Source: Phoronis australis (Eukaryota; Animalia; Phoronida). From it: a stretch of 64,000 nucleotides of DNA. The position numbers and the translations under genes are program-made. Below are positions 12,823 to 26,091 of the stretch, in pieces. The stretch is from the NCBI GenBank assembly GCA_002633005.1, contig NMRA01000319.1:165546-229545 (forward strand), read 5' to 3'. Under the pieces are notes generated by a model. The model saw nothing but the letters and a program-made list of their open reading frames with translations, was not told the origin of the DNA and ran no database searches. Every line of letters starts with the position of its first letter. Positions within the stretch are counted from its first letter, which is position 1.

Positions 12823-12931
12823 CTGTTTTCGTTTGTAGAATTTTATCAATACTGTGATCGCTGAGCGCCACATTGTTGGGAACGTTTTCTTTCTGTGGCT
12901 CCTTTTCATTCTGAGGTTCATCTAATTCCAT
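12823..12931 (-). CDS. PRD-class homeobox gene, exon 1 (contains Eh1/octapeptide HSIDKIL)
   Basis: ATG at 12931 gives MELDEPQNEKEPQKENVPNNVALSDHSIDKILQTKT, then donor cag|gtaagc in phase 1, matching exon 2. This frame is absent from the ORF track. Full protein is about 189 aa. Confidence 0.8.
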
Positions 12932-15900
12932 TACCTTTAAATACAGGTGCAAACTCCAACATAAGCTATTTATCTATGTCCCGCTTGAGCTCCGACGCAC
13001 AGGTATAACCCAAACACAGCTCTCTCTCCTCGCGTGCACCTTCACTCCTGGAAATACGTTGGGCGAATGAGCAAGAAATTTTCTGCGTCACTGATAATCT
13101 GGCGAATTTGTTTCATGCGTGTCAGTCATTTGATTGTTTTCTCGCTCATAATATTTTGTTTACATTGTATGTAAGACGACGAGTCTTTAGTGCTAAATCC
13201 CTCCGTAAGTTTGACACGCGGGAGCTTCGCGCATTATATCCGTCTCCCCAGGTGACAAGTTGTAAGAACGACTCTACGTGATTACATCCGGGACACACCA
13301 CTCTTGTTGCGCGCAAACAATCTGCGCAACGACGGCGTGAGGTAATCACCGTAATCTCTTTACAAAGGGATCATTACGCCTTTTTGTTTACTATGATTTG
13401 TGACACTAATTCGTCGTCGGGTCACTGAGTTTTAAACATACAACTCTGTCAGTCGGGACGTCAACGTCCAGATATCACGCTTTCTAGAACTTTCAGGGCT
13501 TAGCTCTTATCGTTGTGCAGTGTGTTTTTGGTAATAAACAATATTAAAAAAGTCGGACGTCAACGAGTTCAGAACTGCAGGAAACTCTCATCTAAATAAA
13601 TACCCATTTTGTACATTTTAAAAAAGTCATGTACCACCTGATTTTTCTGCCAAGTAATAATTTTTTACAGAGCTTTACATCGGAAGTTTCACTCAAAAAA
13701 TTTTATTAGGACTTGTGATTTCTTTCAGCTATCACACTGGTACATCCCATAGTCGTGGTGTTTTTGTTGTTTATGTACCGTTATAGAAGCATACAACTAC
13801 GTTGTGTATACTAAATTAAATAACATCGGTAAACAACATATAGGTGGGATTGCTGGTCTCGTGTAGCCGTAAATATAATCAAGTCAAATTTTTGTTTTTT
13901 CATCTTAGTTGGGTAATTAATGTAAAATAGCTGTCGTAAATCGTACATTAGGAGTAATTATTAACGCATTAACTATGGTGAACCTAAAACGTTTATCAAC
14001 TCAACAGTGAGCCCGTTTTCAATTTATTGTTTATTTATTATTAAATGTTTATTTGGCAGCTTTCACATTTAGATAAGCGACTTAAATACTAATGCACTGT
14101 ATGTGAACTCCAATATAGCTAGTTGTAGCATCAGAGATCTTCTATAACTCATATAGAAGATCTCTGGGAGCATTTGTCATTTCGATAAATGTCGCGTCAA
14201 TACGGTGTTAAATTTGTTGCTCAAATAATTTACCTGAAAATGTTACACCTATTTGTTGTTCGGTCAAACGAATGACACCTGTCAATTTTACGTCTCTGTC
14301 GGTTGTCTGCAATTTCGCCGTGCTCCGACCTTTTCACAATCACTCCCATTATTTTCATATAACACTGTCATTAAAATTCAAATCAGCATTTGTTCGAATG
14401 TTCTCTATACAAACCGTTGCAAGGATCGCCCCTGTTTAGACAGACAGCCTTGTATTAGAATGCAAATTTCCATCGTACGGTGTACTTGTCAGGGGAACAT
14501 TAATCCAAGTCGTTGAAAAGCACAACTTTCATTTTAAATATTGCTACTACTTTCAGACTACTCAAATGACATTCACAGATACGAGACAAATATGTTACAC
14601 ATTAAACACACAGGAAAATTTTTCAGAGCATTCATATTTTTAAATGTTATTTTCCCTCTTCTGCCGGATATTTTAATCTTTTTATAACATATCTATAGTT
14701 GGGATGTTGAACAGTTACGTTTATTTCGATATTTCTTTAGACGTTATAATATATAATATTAATTAAAGAAAAATTTACAACGTGGAATGCCCTAGTAAGT
14801 GTAGTAGTCTGTTTAAATACATTATTTTTTATTTTTGTAATCTGTTTAAATAAAATTGTTTTCATACTGTCAATCTATTTCCACCGAACAAGAATAAATT
14901 ACACGTTATTATTATTTCATTAATAACAAGATAATCTTGATAAGGACACGTTAAAAATCATCTATAAAATACCTAACTCTTTTTTTGCCAGTTTAGGACC
15001 AAGACTGAGTCACGTCAACCGGAAGTTGTTGTCCAGATAAAATGCTGTCTATGATAAATGCAGTAATATTTCTTTATGAATTTATCGGAAAATCGATGAA
15101 ACACGACCATGTGTGTTTTCTTTGTCAATTTCTGTACGGCCGTAAAAATTGTTTGTGTCGTTTAAATCTGTATGTTTTCAAAAAAATAAACTTCAAAAAT
15201 TATGTGTGAAATTTTGCTTATTGGTAAAGAATGTCGTCGTGTTAAAAGAATGCCGGTAGAGAATATAGTTTTTGGAGTTATTAACTAAAATCCAGCAGAA
15301 ATTGTATCTTTAATATAATTTTCAGGTATTCCCAGAAATACCCCGTAAACGTTAATCGAAAATTAATGGTACTTATTTGATTCGCATCAGTCAAACGAAA
15401 GCAAGGTCATAGACGAGACATTCTCAAATCTTTGCAAAAAATATCTGATTTTGATATCACAATCTTTGGAGTGAGCGCGTCATTTTGGACCGATTAGCGT
15501 TAAGCAACGGGACAGGCATGTGGAAAGTAAATGTAAAAAATATCATCTCATACCTGTTTTTCCGCAGTCCTATGTCATTTCGATTGAAGAGTGCGGTAGA
15601 AATCTCACAAAACGAAAAATGTTTTGTTTTCCATGGTTGCAACTGCTGGAAATATCAAATATAATACTAGAATTCGAAATATTTCTGTCACTACGCGTTC
15701 TACAAGGTACACTTAATACGGAGGTGCGAACTTCTTGTACCGACAGCAGTTAGATGGGTTGACTTTTCAGACGTTTCATAATTGCGAAATGTACTATTCC
15801 AGGTAAAGTAAAAATTTTAATTTTCGCAAGCGCCATATGTTGGTCACATCCCGTGACCTATAGTCTGTTTGTTAGCATGTGCAACTCAAAAATTAATTTT

Positions 15901-18526
15901 GCTAGTATTTTGGCAGTATTTAATCAGCAAATCAAAATAAATGCACGCTATGTGCTATACACCGTTTGGCGATCAAAAAATCGCTTTTTGTCCTTGTTTT
16001 GGTTGTGACAAGGGGGTTGACTTTTTTGCAAATGTGTCGATCAGAGAGTAATGGACACTGAAAAGGGTCCTGTATTTTGAGGACCATTTTTTCCACGGTA
16101 AGTGTCTATTGGCATAATAACTATACGATAATGACAATTTGTTATCAACAGTGGTATAAATTAGTGGGGTAGTCGAAATTAGAATAATATCACGAAAAAG
16201 GAGGATTATCTAATTGTTTAATAATCCATTTATTTATTTTTTTACTATTTAAATTCATAAAAATTCACTGACAAGCTGTGTTTATATTTACCAACGTCAT
16301 TGGTAATTTTGAAGACTGTTATTCATCCGCTTTCAGCCAAAAACAACCTTATTAATATCAACATTTGGAAACCATCAACATGATATATTACGGCATAAAT
16401 ACAGGCCAAGGTTGTATTAAATCTACAATGGGACTATATCCGAAAAGGCTAAACTTGTTGTAGTTTTTTTGGTTTGTGAGGCAACATTCAAAACCGATTT
16501 TAAATGTAAGTACGTTCTTTACGAAAGGACAAATGCTAAACGAACGTTTTACATCGGCTGCTTTTGACCACCCTAACATGGCACTTAAGGACGCCTAGTG
16601 AGTAATTTCACATTAAAGAATCCTCCAAACAACTATCTTATTTTCCAAAAATGCCAATCAAAACGTTTTCACACCGTATTTGCTTCATATAAGTTCTCGT
16701 ACATCACACACACACAACAGTCGCAATATAGCGCTATCGCTGCTTCAGTGAAAATTCCTACTGCAAAACTTGTCGCCAGACATCGTTACATTACACTGGT
16801 ACTCGAGCCTGGAATGCTCTTCATGGCGATATTGAAGACGCTCAGTGCGTTCTTTTAAACGTCTAACTACCAGCTTTTTGTTTACTAAATTGTCGATAAG
16901 TCGAATAGCGAAGGTAATTTTTGTGATTATAATTGATTTTATTTCTATTTTCTACTTTTTTACTATTTATAAATCTTTTATCTATGTTTACAATTAAAAT
17001 GTGTTCAAATGTGTTTATTTGTATTTCGTTCTTTTTATATATTTACGTCTCATTCATTTTTATTTAATCATTTTCAGATCACAAAGGAAATATTTTTTTG
17101 ACTTTTTGTACTATCCGGCGTGCGTCGCATTTGTACGTTTTGTTGAAGTTTTTCTTGTATTTTCCGTACTTGTGTGAGCTAAGTAAATAAAATAAAGTGA
17201 AATTGGATATATTCAGTGGGTGAATAGCAGACGACCAGTGCCAGGCTAATTACCGAGTCTATAAGTCGAAGCCGGCCAAAATGGTAATCAAACATCTGAG
17301 GATAGCGTTCACGACGAATTCCGAATAGAGGCTATTGGGAAACGTCTGACAAAATGATAATGATGAATTATGCGCCTCGCTAGGTTGGAGAAAATGTCAA
17401 GCAGTTCTTAACCCAGGCTCTCACCGCAAGGAGTCGCATATTACTATTGTAGAATCAGTCGGCTGGTGGACCCCATGTTGAAGATTATTTGCCCAGCAGT
17501 AGTCTACTTATATTCAATTTAATGTGTTTTGTTGTGAAAAACGTTCCAAGTAATACCTTACACAGAATTCAAAATAAACATGTTTATGTGTTATTCGACT
17601 TGTCGGAGGGTCACATGTTTACGACTTCGCTGAATAAAACGCGTCTCATGTTGTTAGGGTGTGTCTGTTCAATGGCAGTTGGTTTGGGGGCTGTTTTAAA
17701 TGTTTGATTTGAAAGATTTTGGCAGGTGGTGCCCTGGAAGTCGCTTTACCGGCATCACGTGGTTTTTCTGACGCTTGTTGCTCCATACTCTGTTGGATGT
17801 CTCGCCTGCTCGTGTTTGAAAGATTTCTGGACTGCCGCTAGGAGTCACTTTTTTACTATTATATGTCTGGTATTCTTTTAGAATTGCCTTCCCTGTCTCG
17901 GGCCAACCTCGGACGTTTGCTCATTAAACACTTTAAAATGCTAAAAAGGAAACAGGAGGGTGCATACATCAGATGGTCCTCGCAGACGAACAAATACTAT
18001 GTGCGCTCGGCAGTACAATGCATGTTCCATTCGACGGGTTCTAATGGCTGCTCACTAGCCTACTTCGTCATTTGATCAAAGTCAACCAAAGTTGCCTGTC
18101 TATACGTTCCGCCTCCAGTCAATTAACTGTTTTGACGGGCCACTTTAAATAATTGCCATTTAAAAATGGCCTCACCTTGTTCTTTTTCAGATTAGAAGTG
18201 AAAGCTGAGTTTGCAAATAAGAGCTAATTCCCAGTTTGAGGCCCATTTCTTGCAAGTTGGGTCAAAGAGGTGATCGAAAAATGCTCCCAGTTGATCATGA
18301 ACCCGGAAATATTTTTAAATCGGAATAAGGAACATGCTGAATTCAACTTCTTTGATAACGGCAAGTAGACCCACGATGTACCTTCAGTTACAGTAGGGTA
18401 GTAAAATTCGTTGTCGTTGATAAAAAGCATATCTATTGATTTTTACAATATACGAAGCAAAAGCAGTCTATTGTGTGTCAAGGAAAATACATGTAAGCGA
18501 GCAAAGTGTTTGAGTAGAACATGAGA

Positions 18527-18991
18527 TCACTTGCAGGTATGCACGTCAACCATTGTCACACACTTTTTACATTTCACGTAGCAACAGTAAATGAACTTGC
18601 AGTGACACCTTTCGACGTGCCTAACCACTCGCGTGTTATATCCCCTGCCGCAACACAACATAGTGCAGCTTTCTGGTCCACTTCCCGGGCGTTTGCACAC
18701 GCGTTCTTGAGTTCCAGGAATGCCACGCGCCAAGTCATGCGTGCAATAATTCGGGGATCTGTGCATAAACACTATTTCATCGCTAGCAATGGGAATTTTT
18801 CGCTCGGATTTCTTTTTCCGGCGGAGTCTCTTCCTTGCTCGGCGCGTAACGGCGACTGAATTGGCATATTTAGTTTTTAACACGTCTCCTATTTTGCGAA
18901 ATGAAGGCAATGTTCGCCAGCAAGATTTCACGACACAAGATCCGGATACACCATGGCAACGGCAGTTCAATATCATTCCGTCTTTTACAAC
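18527..18991 (-). CDS. WNT16: Wnt16 exon 4 (C-terminal)
   Basis: CRCHGVSGSC acylation motif; Wnt16-type KRLRRKKKSERKIPI, GIPGTQ and CCGRGYNTRVVRHVERC...DVHTCK*; acceptor tttcag. Confidence 0.95.
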   Translation of the reverse strand, partial: VVKDGMILNCRCHGVSGSCVVKSCWRTLPSFRKIGDVLKTKYANSVAVTRRARKRLRRKKKSERKIPIASDEIVFMHRSPNYCTHDLARGIPGTQERVCKRPGSGPESCTMLCCGRGYNTRVVRHVERCHCKFIYCCYVKCKKCVTMVDVHTCK

Positions 18992-20994
18992 CTGAAACAT
19001 CAACAGACAGAAGTAGCAACAAATATCAACTGAAGATACAGCTTAAAATATCCCAGACGTTTAAACATTTATCAATAAGAAATGGACAACTGGAAATGCA
19101 CTAGATCGTGTTAGTGAAACAAGGTTTCCACCCGGTGCTAATTCAGTAACATACATGTAACCAATGTGACCACGTGCTTGAGTTGTGATTGCGTTGCTTC
19201 GTTTTTCCCCTCCCAAAATAGTTCTACGGAATGCAGCATCGTATAATGCCTGCATTCGCGTAGTCACGCGAGACCTTTACCCCATAAACGCACCCATGCT
19301 GATGAACTGTCTGACTGCTCTCAATTTCTTTATGTGCGTATATAGAGCCGGGTCTTTCTTATTAGCACCATCTTGAAAATATCGAGTGCCCATTAATCAA
19401 CGGCTTCCACGGACCACCTGTGGAGTTGAAATCTTATCATATCACACCTGAACGTACATATATTCTGAACCAAAGTGTAAACTCGACTACTCCGTGAATA
19501 TGATACCGGTGATCGTTGTTTACTATTAACCCCTTCTTTAACATTCATGGTAAACAAATGAACTTTCCCATCCTCGAGGTAACATAATATTCAATTAATT
19601 TGTCGAAAATTGCTTCGTAGAACCATTCCCTGTCGTAGAGAAACAGTTGAGTGGTTTTGAAAGCAAGAGGGTTCACAGGCCTTTTTGTTATAAGGCTATT
19701 AATCGATAGCAATGTGTGCACCTGCCATTTTATTGAGGGACATTTTAAATTGATGTGCCGATAGTTTGGTGCCTTAGTTTCCAATACGCTAGCGATACAC
19801 TGTATGCACATTAAAGTTATAAAAATTCTACTGGTCGATTCTACTGGAAACAAAAAGTATTGCGTTATGACTGCACGTAATCAGTTGTGCAAGTCCAGTT
19901 ACCGCGACGGGTTTTCAAGACGGCTAATGCGTCAAGTTAAAGATCATTTAATAGAACTCTTGCTAAGCTTTCTCCAATTAAAGTCCAGTTGGATTTGAAC
20001 AAACGTTCAGCAAAAAAGAAGGGCTGGTTATTTGGAGGGAGTGAACGAAGTACGAGCGTTAGTTGTGCAAGTCTGGGGAAATGTAATTCGCCACGCTCCT
20101 GCGAATCACAATAACCTGAAATACATATTTCGGTGCTCCTGTTATAAAAAAGTCCAATCATTTCTTGGACCTCTAAATTTATATTTCTTGAACGGTTCTG
20201 GTAGCTACTACATGTATATAGGTGCACCAAAATGGTAACAAAAAGTTCTTTGAAATGGGAATGCTAGTGAATGGTATTTTAAAGTTTTGTCTGTAAGGTA
20301 CAGACATTCTAACTGCTCGCTCTGTGGAGCATGCGACGGCTGTCAACTGTGGCATATTCTTTGAAAATAAAATCATTTCCTTTTTAGCGAAAAGGCCAAA
20401 GTTGACTCTAATAGGAAAGAAACGATGGATAAATTTTTCAGAATCTAGACACATGACTCTTGTGCAACCTTCGCACGCTTCACTGAATGAGCATTTCTCA
20501 TACAATTGTTAAATCTTATGTTCAAATTGAATACGATTTCCACAACAGAAAACATAAATACAGTTATTTTAATTAGGCTACTCCTTAACGCTTCAGCTTA
20601 ATTGTATATCTGCACTGGAACTGCACAACCGGTTGGCGTCAAATCTCGAAAAAATGCTCTGCAATAATGTATAAATGAATGACTATTCAATACAGTGATT
20701 TGCGTTTAACAGGTTTAAACAATTAATAGAATATTTGGAAAATAACTTCCATCTTCTTCGAACAGCAAATTAATTCTAGAAGAAAAAAATCTCTCCATGT
20801 GCTCATATTTTAGAATAGTTTTATTAGCATTTGTGGAAACCCGCTTACCTCGCAAGCTGTGAACTTATATTGGAAGAACAAAAATGCTATAGACAATAAT
20901 TTTAGACATTTTTTTAGTGGTGTCATTGTACGTTGGGAATTGGGTTAGTGCAGTTTTGTAAAATATTGTCACTATGTTGAGCATGTTTGACGTA

Positions 20995-21895
20995 TATTTA
21001 TTATTTATTTAGTATAGTGACATAAGGGTGCCAGTGACTACTTAGTCTCAAATACAGAGTATTCACCACACCCCCAGCCTCAGTGAATACATAGTCTCAA
21101 ATACAAAGTATTCACCACACCCCCAGCCTCAGTGAATACATAGTCTCAAATACAGAGTATTCACCACACCCCCAGCCTCAGTGAGCTTACACAGTCACCT
21201 AATAGCAGTTAAATCAAATAACATAATGCACACACTCATGGTAAATCTGACAACTTCAGACTAGTTTACAAACAAATAATTACTTCTAACCCGCAAAGCG
21301 TCTTAAATGAATTTTGCTAGACCTTTCAAGTTATTTTGGAATATTCGAAGTAGGGGAGAACTCCTTATAAAAATGGTAGAACATGAGTATATTTTTCACA
21401 ATCAAAGATGAAATGCACTTCATCTTCAATTCCGTTTTTACAAACACGACAAATCCGTTAATTCGCCGGAATTCCGAAGTACCGCCCCACCTCAACCTCC
21501 AGTGGTAGAATACCTGCTCTCAATTGAGTTATGGTGGACCTCTGAGAAACCGGGAGACTTAAATACTCTTCTATACAATAATCGTTCTTAGCAGACCTTT
21601 ATAAGTGCATTTTTCGTTTCTTAGTGATTATTTTTAACCAGTTTAACTCTTCTAACTGTTACGTGAATACACAATTCAATTTCTTTGTTCGTGAAATTTT
21701 CTAAAAAATCGCATTTCTCCATAATTTTAAATATTGAACTTGACCAATAACAAGACTTCCGATGTTTAAAGTCTCATAAAAAGACTTCTGCAATTCTGTT
21801 TTCATTCAATAGAACCAAACTATTCCAAAGCCCTAGCATGTATTCATGTTGTTTGTAGTGGGAATTTGGCCATCCTGAGTCGCCATGTATATGTA
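20995..21895 (-). mobile_element. Decayed 3' fragment of a non-LTR retrotransposon (RTE-X- or L2/CR1-group-like) in Wnt16 intron 3
   Basis: Minus-strand translation contains GDSGWP...MLGLWNSL and QLRAGILPLEVEVGRY...RICRVC..GIEDEVHFIFDCEKY (C-terminal CCHC region) with stops and frameshifts. It ends in an (AAAT)n-like tail near 20995-21010. Confidence 0.8.
21043..21184. repeat. Minisatellite, ~3 x 49 bp, in the LINE 3' UTR
   Basis: Unit tagtctcaaatacagagtattcaccacacccccagcctcagtgaataca starts at 21043, 21092 and 21141. Confidence 0.9.
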
Positions 21896-22941
21896 TACTT
21901 CAAGAAGAAGTATTTGCTCCGGCTGGAATAAAAAGGCACAAAGTCCTCAAAATCCAAACAATTTGACCTCAAACAAACGCCGGATCCCGACTCAGTCTTG
22001 GAGTGAGGTGACCTTTTCTACTGGAAATGTCTTTTAAGAAGATCCTTTAAAATTCCGCCAACGATCTACATATCCTACATCATGGTTTTTATTTAGGTCA
22101 AGCAAGAGGAGGAATAAAGCTGTAACACACGTTGCGCTGGTAATTATAATTTAGGAATGGCTGTAAAGAAAAGAATCCACTTCGTTCCAAAATTATTCAA
22201 ATTGCATAATTTGTAAAATGAGCTGGGGATCTACACAAACGTTAGTTCTGTTTCATGACATTATTTTTGTAACCCAACAGAAAGTTGATGTTTCGCCTTC
22301 TAGATCATGGCTCTGAGTTGAATTAACAGCCGAATTGAACTCAAACGTTTGATCGTTAAGCAGTGCAAACATTCTGATGAAAACGGATTGAATATAATCT
22401 CATCTGCAGACTAGACGTCACGCTGATACTGTTCATTTAAGACATAAGACGTAACAACTTTACATGACAGGTGTATATAAACAACACCCAGTCAGGTAGG
22501 TGTTATTTTTACAATGAGACTTAGGAGTTAGGAATGAGATACATAACTGCCGTTCATCCTAAAAGTATCATCATCGTCATCATCATTATCACCATCATCA
22601 TCAGCTTGTCTTCACGTCGATCAATTTGTAGTCCATGATGACCATCGGCAGCTGTCACCAAATTTCACTGAACACTGAGTGAAGACATCTTCCAAAATTA
22701 AATTTTTGACATAGGAATGTAGTGTGCAGTGGGTGGTAACATGTGATGGAGCTCGAGAACATGAAGATAAATATCAGTACATGTAAACGGAACGGAAAGA
22801 CTCGCTGCTGCTTTGGGGTTTACACTATTTTGGTGGACTTTCTGCCTGCTCGTAGAGCTATAGATAAGTTGTAATATTCTTTCGAATTTATTTCAGAGCA
22901 ATATCTTTCTATAATGGCTGTTCTGACAACATATGCATTAC

Positions 22942-23225
22942 CTGGCGTCCAACTTCATTGTTATGCAAATTCATCATTGTTCGAACGTCTCTGCTCGTCT
23001 TGTGTTTCATAGTCTCCGGGGCGTCCACGAACTTTTTGCTGAAAGTAGTCCCAAACGCGATATTATCACTGCACCCTCCCCATTTCCAACCTTCATCCGT
23101 CACTTGCCCGGCTTTCGATGTATCGCACGAACAGTCACTGAGATTTCCGGCGCTACACGACTGCGTAACCGCGTGCACGACACCAGCGCTCGTAACGGCG
23201 TAGAGGTAAGCAGTTTCGCGTGTCC
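22942..23225 (-). CDS. WNT16: Wnt16 exon 3
   Basis: TRETAYLYAVTSAGVVHAVTQSCSAGNLSDCSCD...WKWGGCSDN...MNLHNNEVGRQ; ttcag acceptor and gtaatg donor with consistent phases. Confidence 0.95.
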
Positions 23226-23582
23226 CTGAAACATATATGCTGAATTGAACATTCCAAAAACAGTGTACCTTTGCAAATACAAGCTGGTTGCAATTTCATT
23301 CGAGACATTGCTGCTGTTATTTAAAGTGGTGAGTGTTAAGGACAACTAAAATTATTAAATCAACGATTGAACACTGGAGGTGTCTTCAGAAATTTTTTTG
23401 TATGATAGAAATTTCGCAAACGAACGCATTTAAAGGCAACAGGACCAACTGGCGTGGGCGAGCTCGTTACGAAATGCACCGTTGTGAATATCATTAAGTT
23501 ATCAATAAAATCAGCATAAAAATGATCTCTTTGGAAACATACAAAAAAATGATCTCTTTGGAAACATACAAAATGTATGTAC

Positions 23583-23827
23583 CTCGACGCAGTGATTTGG
23601 TGAAAAAACTTTCATCGTTGGATGTCGTGCAATTCCATCGGTCGAATTTGAATTGAAATTGGCATTCTAGAATTCCTCTCCTGGCTCCCTCGCTCACACA
23701 GACTAAAGAGTCCGGATTCTCCTTGCACACTTTCTTCTGGGGAGACACGAGCACGGAGGCTTGTTTTGAACAGATATCTACCTGACTGACTTCTGCCACT
23801 CCAAGAGAGTTCGTAACACCCAGCCAC
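23583..23827 (-). CDS. WNT16: Wnt16 exon 2
   Basis: WLGV...EGARRGILECQFQFKFDRWNC; phase 2 in, phase 1 out. Confidence 0.93.
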
Positions 23828-25993
23828 CTGAAAATTATATTTACAATTAATACATCAGCCCAAGTAATTTTTGCTCGCCATATCACTGAAAAGTGTTCAT
23901 CTACAACGCTTGGGCTATAGTTTCAGTATATTCGAAATTTTTAAATCGTAAAAATGGGATTTTTGTGTCATTTTATTCTGTTGGATTCTAAATTAAAAAT
24001 ATTGTACGAATTTCAAAAGTTTCTGCTAAATTGTATACATGGTACAAGATAGTATAAGAATTTGATAATTTTAATAATATGCGCTTACATTCTGGCTCGA
24101 ATGGAGTTAATTGTACTACGAATAACTCTGTGCGCTGCATATTTGGCGTATTCTTGTTTGGGTCTAAGAATTTTTACCTTCACGAGGTCGCGCGATCTCA
24201 TTTTGAATTTATATATCTCTAAATTATAGTTAAACACTGTCAGAAAAATGTATATGAGCGCGAGTATCTTAGAGAGACGTAACAACGTCAGTTCTCAAGA
24301 ATTTTGAGATATTTTTCAAATGTTGGAGTACGTGCTGTCATATTTCTTATTTTTTTAATTCGAATTTACGTATAATCTTTTTCTTAGTTATTTTACCGAA
24401 TTACGAATTGTTGTTTATAATTTGAAATATTGAATATTAAAATTTGATTTCCTGTATTAAATAGTAAATACTACCACGAATATAAATGAGTGAGCAATTT
24501 TAAAATATTCATTGTCCGCGTTTTGGTGTAATCTCAGAATCATCATCAGGAACAATGTCAGAAAAAATGACACAACTACATGTTTTCTGCTCTTGACCAC
24601 AGTACACGTACATGTTTTCACATCACTAAAACTGAAGTTTGAATGGACTATAGATAGTGGTAGTTAAGGGGAACCATGTTTTTGGCCATTAAGTGATAGT
24701 GCACATGCATGTGTGTTGTACTCCCTAGCATTGTTCCTAACTGATGATGATGAGGGAATGATTAAGTAGAAACATCGATGATGAATATTGAATATTTTTA
24801 TATTTCCTCTGTTGTTGAACCTGAAACTATGGGATCGTAGGATAATGTTATCCACCTACATACTTGTGTAGGGAACGACGTAAGGACTACATAGGGCACA
24901 CCTTGCATATTTTATCCATTTTGTTGGCTATAAATGTCAGAAATTCTATTCGTAGTCTAAAATAAATCAACTCTAACTACGACCACGAAAACAGGGAAAC
25001 AACAAAATCTATTGTTCGTCGCCAGACGAATGTGGGTCTTTATTAACCACCCATGATCTATGTGAGAAATGTTCAGACCACCGTCTACGAAATAGTAAAC
25101 GTCGAGTCGCTATGAAGTTAAAAATCATAAGTTGAAGACCCGCCGCCCGCTACCCCTTGTTGTAGAAAATATTTGTCCCCCACCGTCCACGAACCTTTTA
25201 TGCTTACGCAATTCTTTTTAAGAGCTGTAAAACCCCAATTTACGTGTAGTCCTTCCTAAATTAGTTCTGCTATAACACAGACATTTCTCTTCATGTCTGA
25301 GAGCATGCGAGAGTTGCACGCTCTTGGAACAATGTACCACGCGGTTGGTGGATCTGAAATGCACCAATTAGGTGTGCACTTTACAACGACCGAACATGCG
25401 TGTGCACGTACGCGGCTAAAGCGAAAGGAACTGTACTCGTAAGAACAGAACAACGGCAATGAGAAAAGAACTTCAGCTGACAGTTCATAAATGAGAGAAG
25501 AACTTTATGAGTGAGAACGCTGTTGCGGTCCGTAGGGGAACGAGATTGTCTACCGGTCTTCTTCCTCGCATATGTTAATAATCTTGATGGCGTGGGTTCA
25601 CCTAAGCACAATAATTGACGTTTCTTCCGTCACTGCATGCATCGCATTTCGTTTAATACTCTTTCAAATGTACATTGACGAGGTACAAGTTTTGTTTCTC
25701 AATTGGAAACTTCAAAAGAGTTTACGTGTTTTTTTATTCGGGCGAAAATCATGATTGGAAAAATTATTGCTAGAATTTTAAAAAAATTATCTGTATAAAA
25801 TCATTACCATATCAACCTGTAAAGCAATGGATCTCTATCAGTAAGTGACATATTATACGTTTCTCACGATCTTTAACAGAAAGAAGTAAGCAATTGATAG
25901 AGACTAATTTTCTGAAGTTTGTCAGTACCTTTAATATTACGCAGTCACTTGACTGAATACGAAGATTTCTTTGTTTGAAACTGGCATACTTAC

Positions 25994-26091
25994 ATCCAGT
26001 TGGCTTCGGTGAGTACAGGCAAAATCCAAAATAGACACAGAAGAGAAAATGGTACTGGCTTACAACTCAACGTCTTTGTAACCGCATCCAT
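25994..26091 (-). CDS. WNT16: Wnt16 exon 1 (signal peptide)
   Basis: MDAVTKTLSCKPVPFSLLCLFWILPVLTEANWM|gtaagt. Splicing gives NWMWLG as in vertebrate WNT16; total CDS 1092 nt (363 aa). Confidence 0.88.

Noticed and set aside
12739-12921. 60-aa ORF-track protein MNLRMKRS... as homeobox exon 1
   Set aside because: Wrong frame; the ATG at 12931 gives the correct splice phase and the Eh1 motif.
16585-16858. Possible TTAA-flanked (Kolobok-like) MITE
   Set aside because: Terminal inverted repeats are too degenerate to call by eye.
21043-21184. Regular repeats as a possible CRISPR-like array (also 57397..57525)
   Set aside because: Head-to-tail units with no unique spacers; ordinary eukaryotic minisatellites.
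23518-23574. 27-bp direct duplication next to the Wnt16 exon-2 donor, giving LYVSKEIIF twice in the ORF track
   Set aside because: Intronic slippage duplication, not part of the protein.
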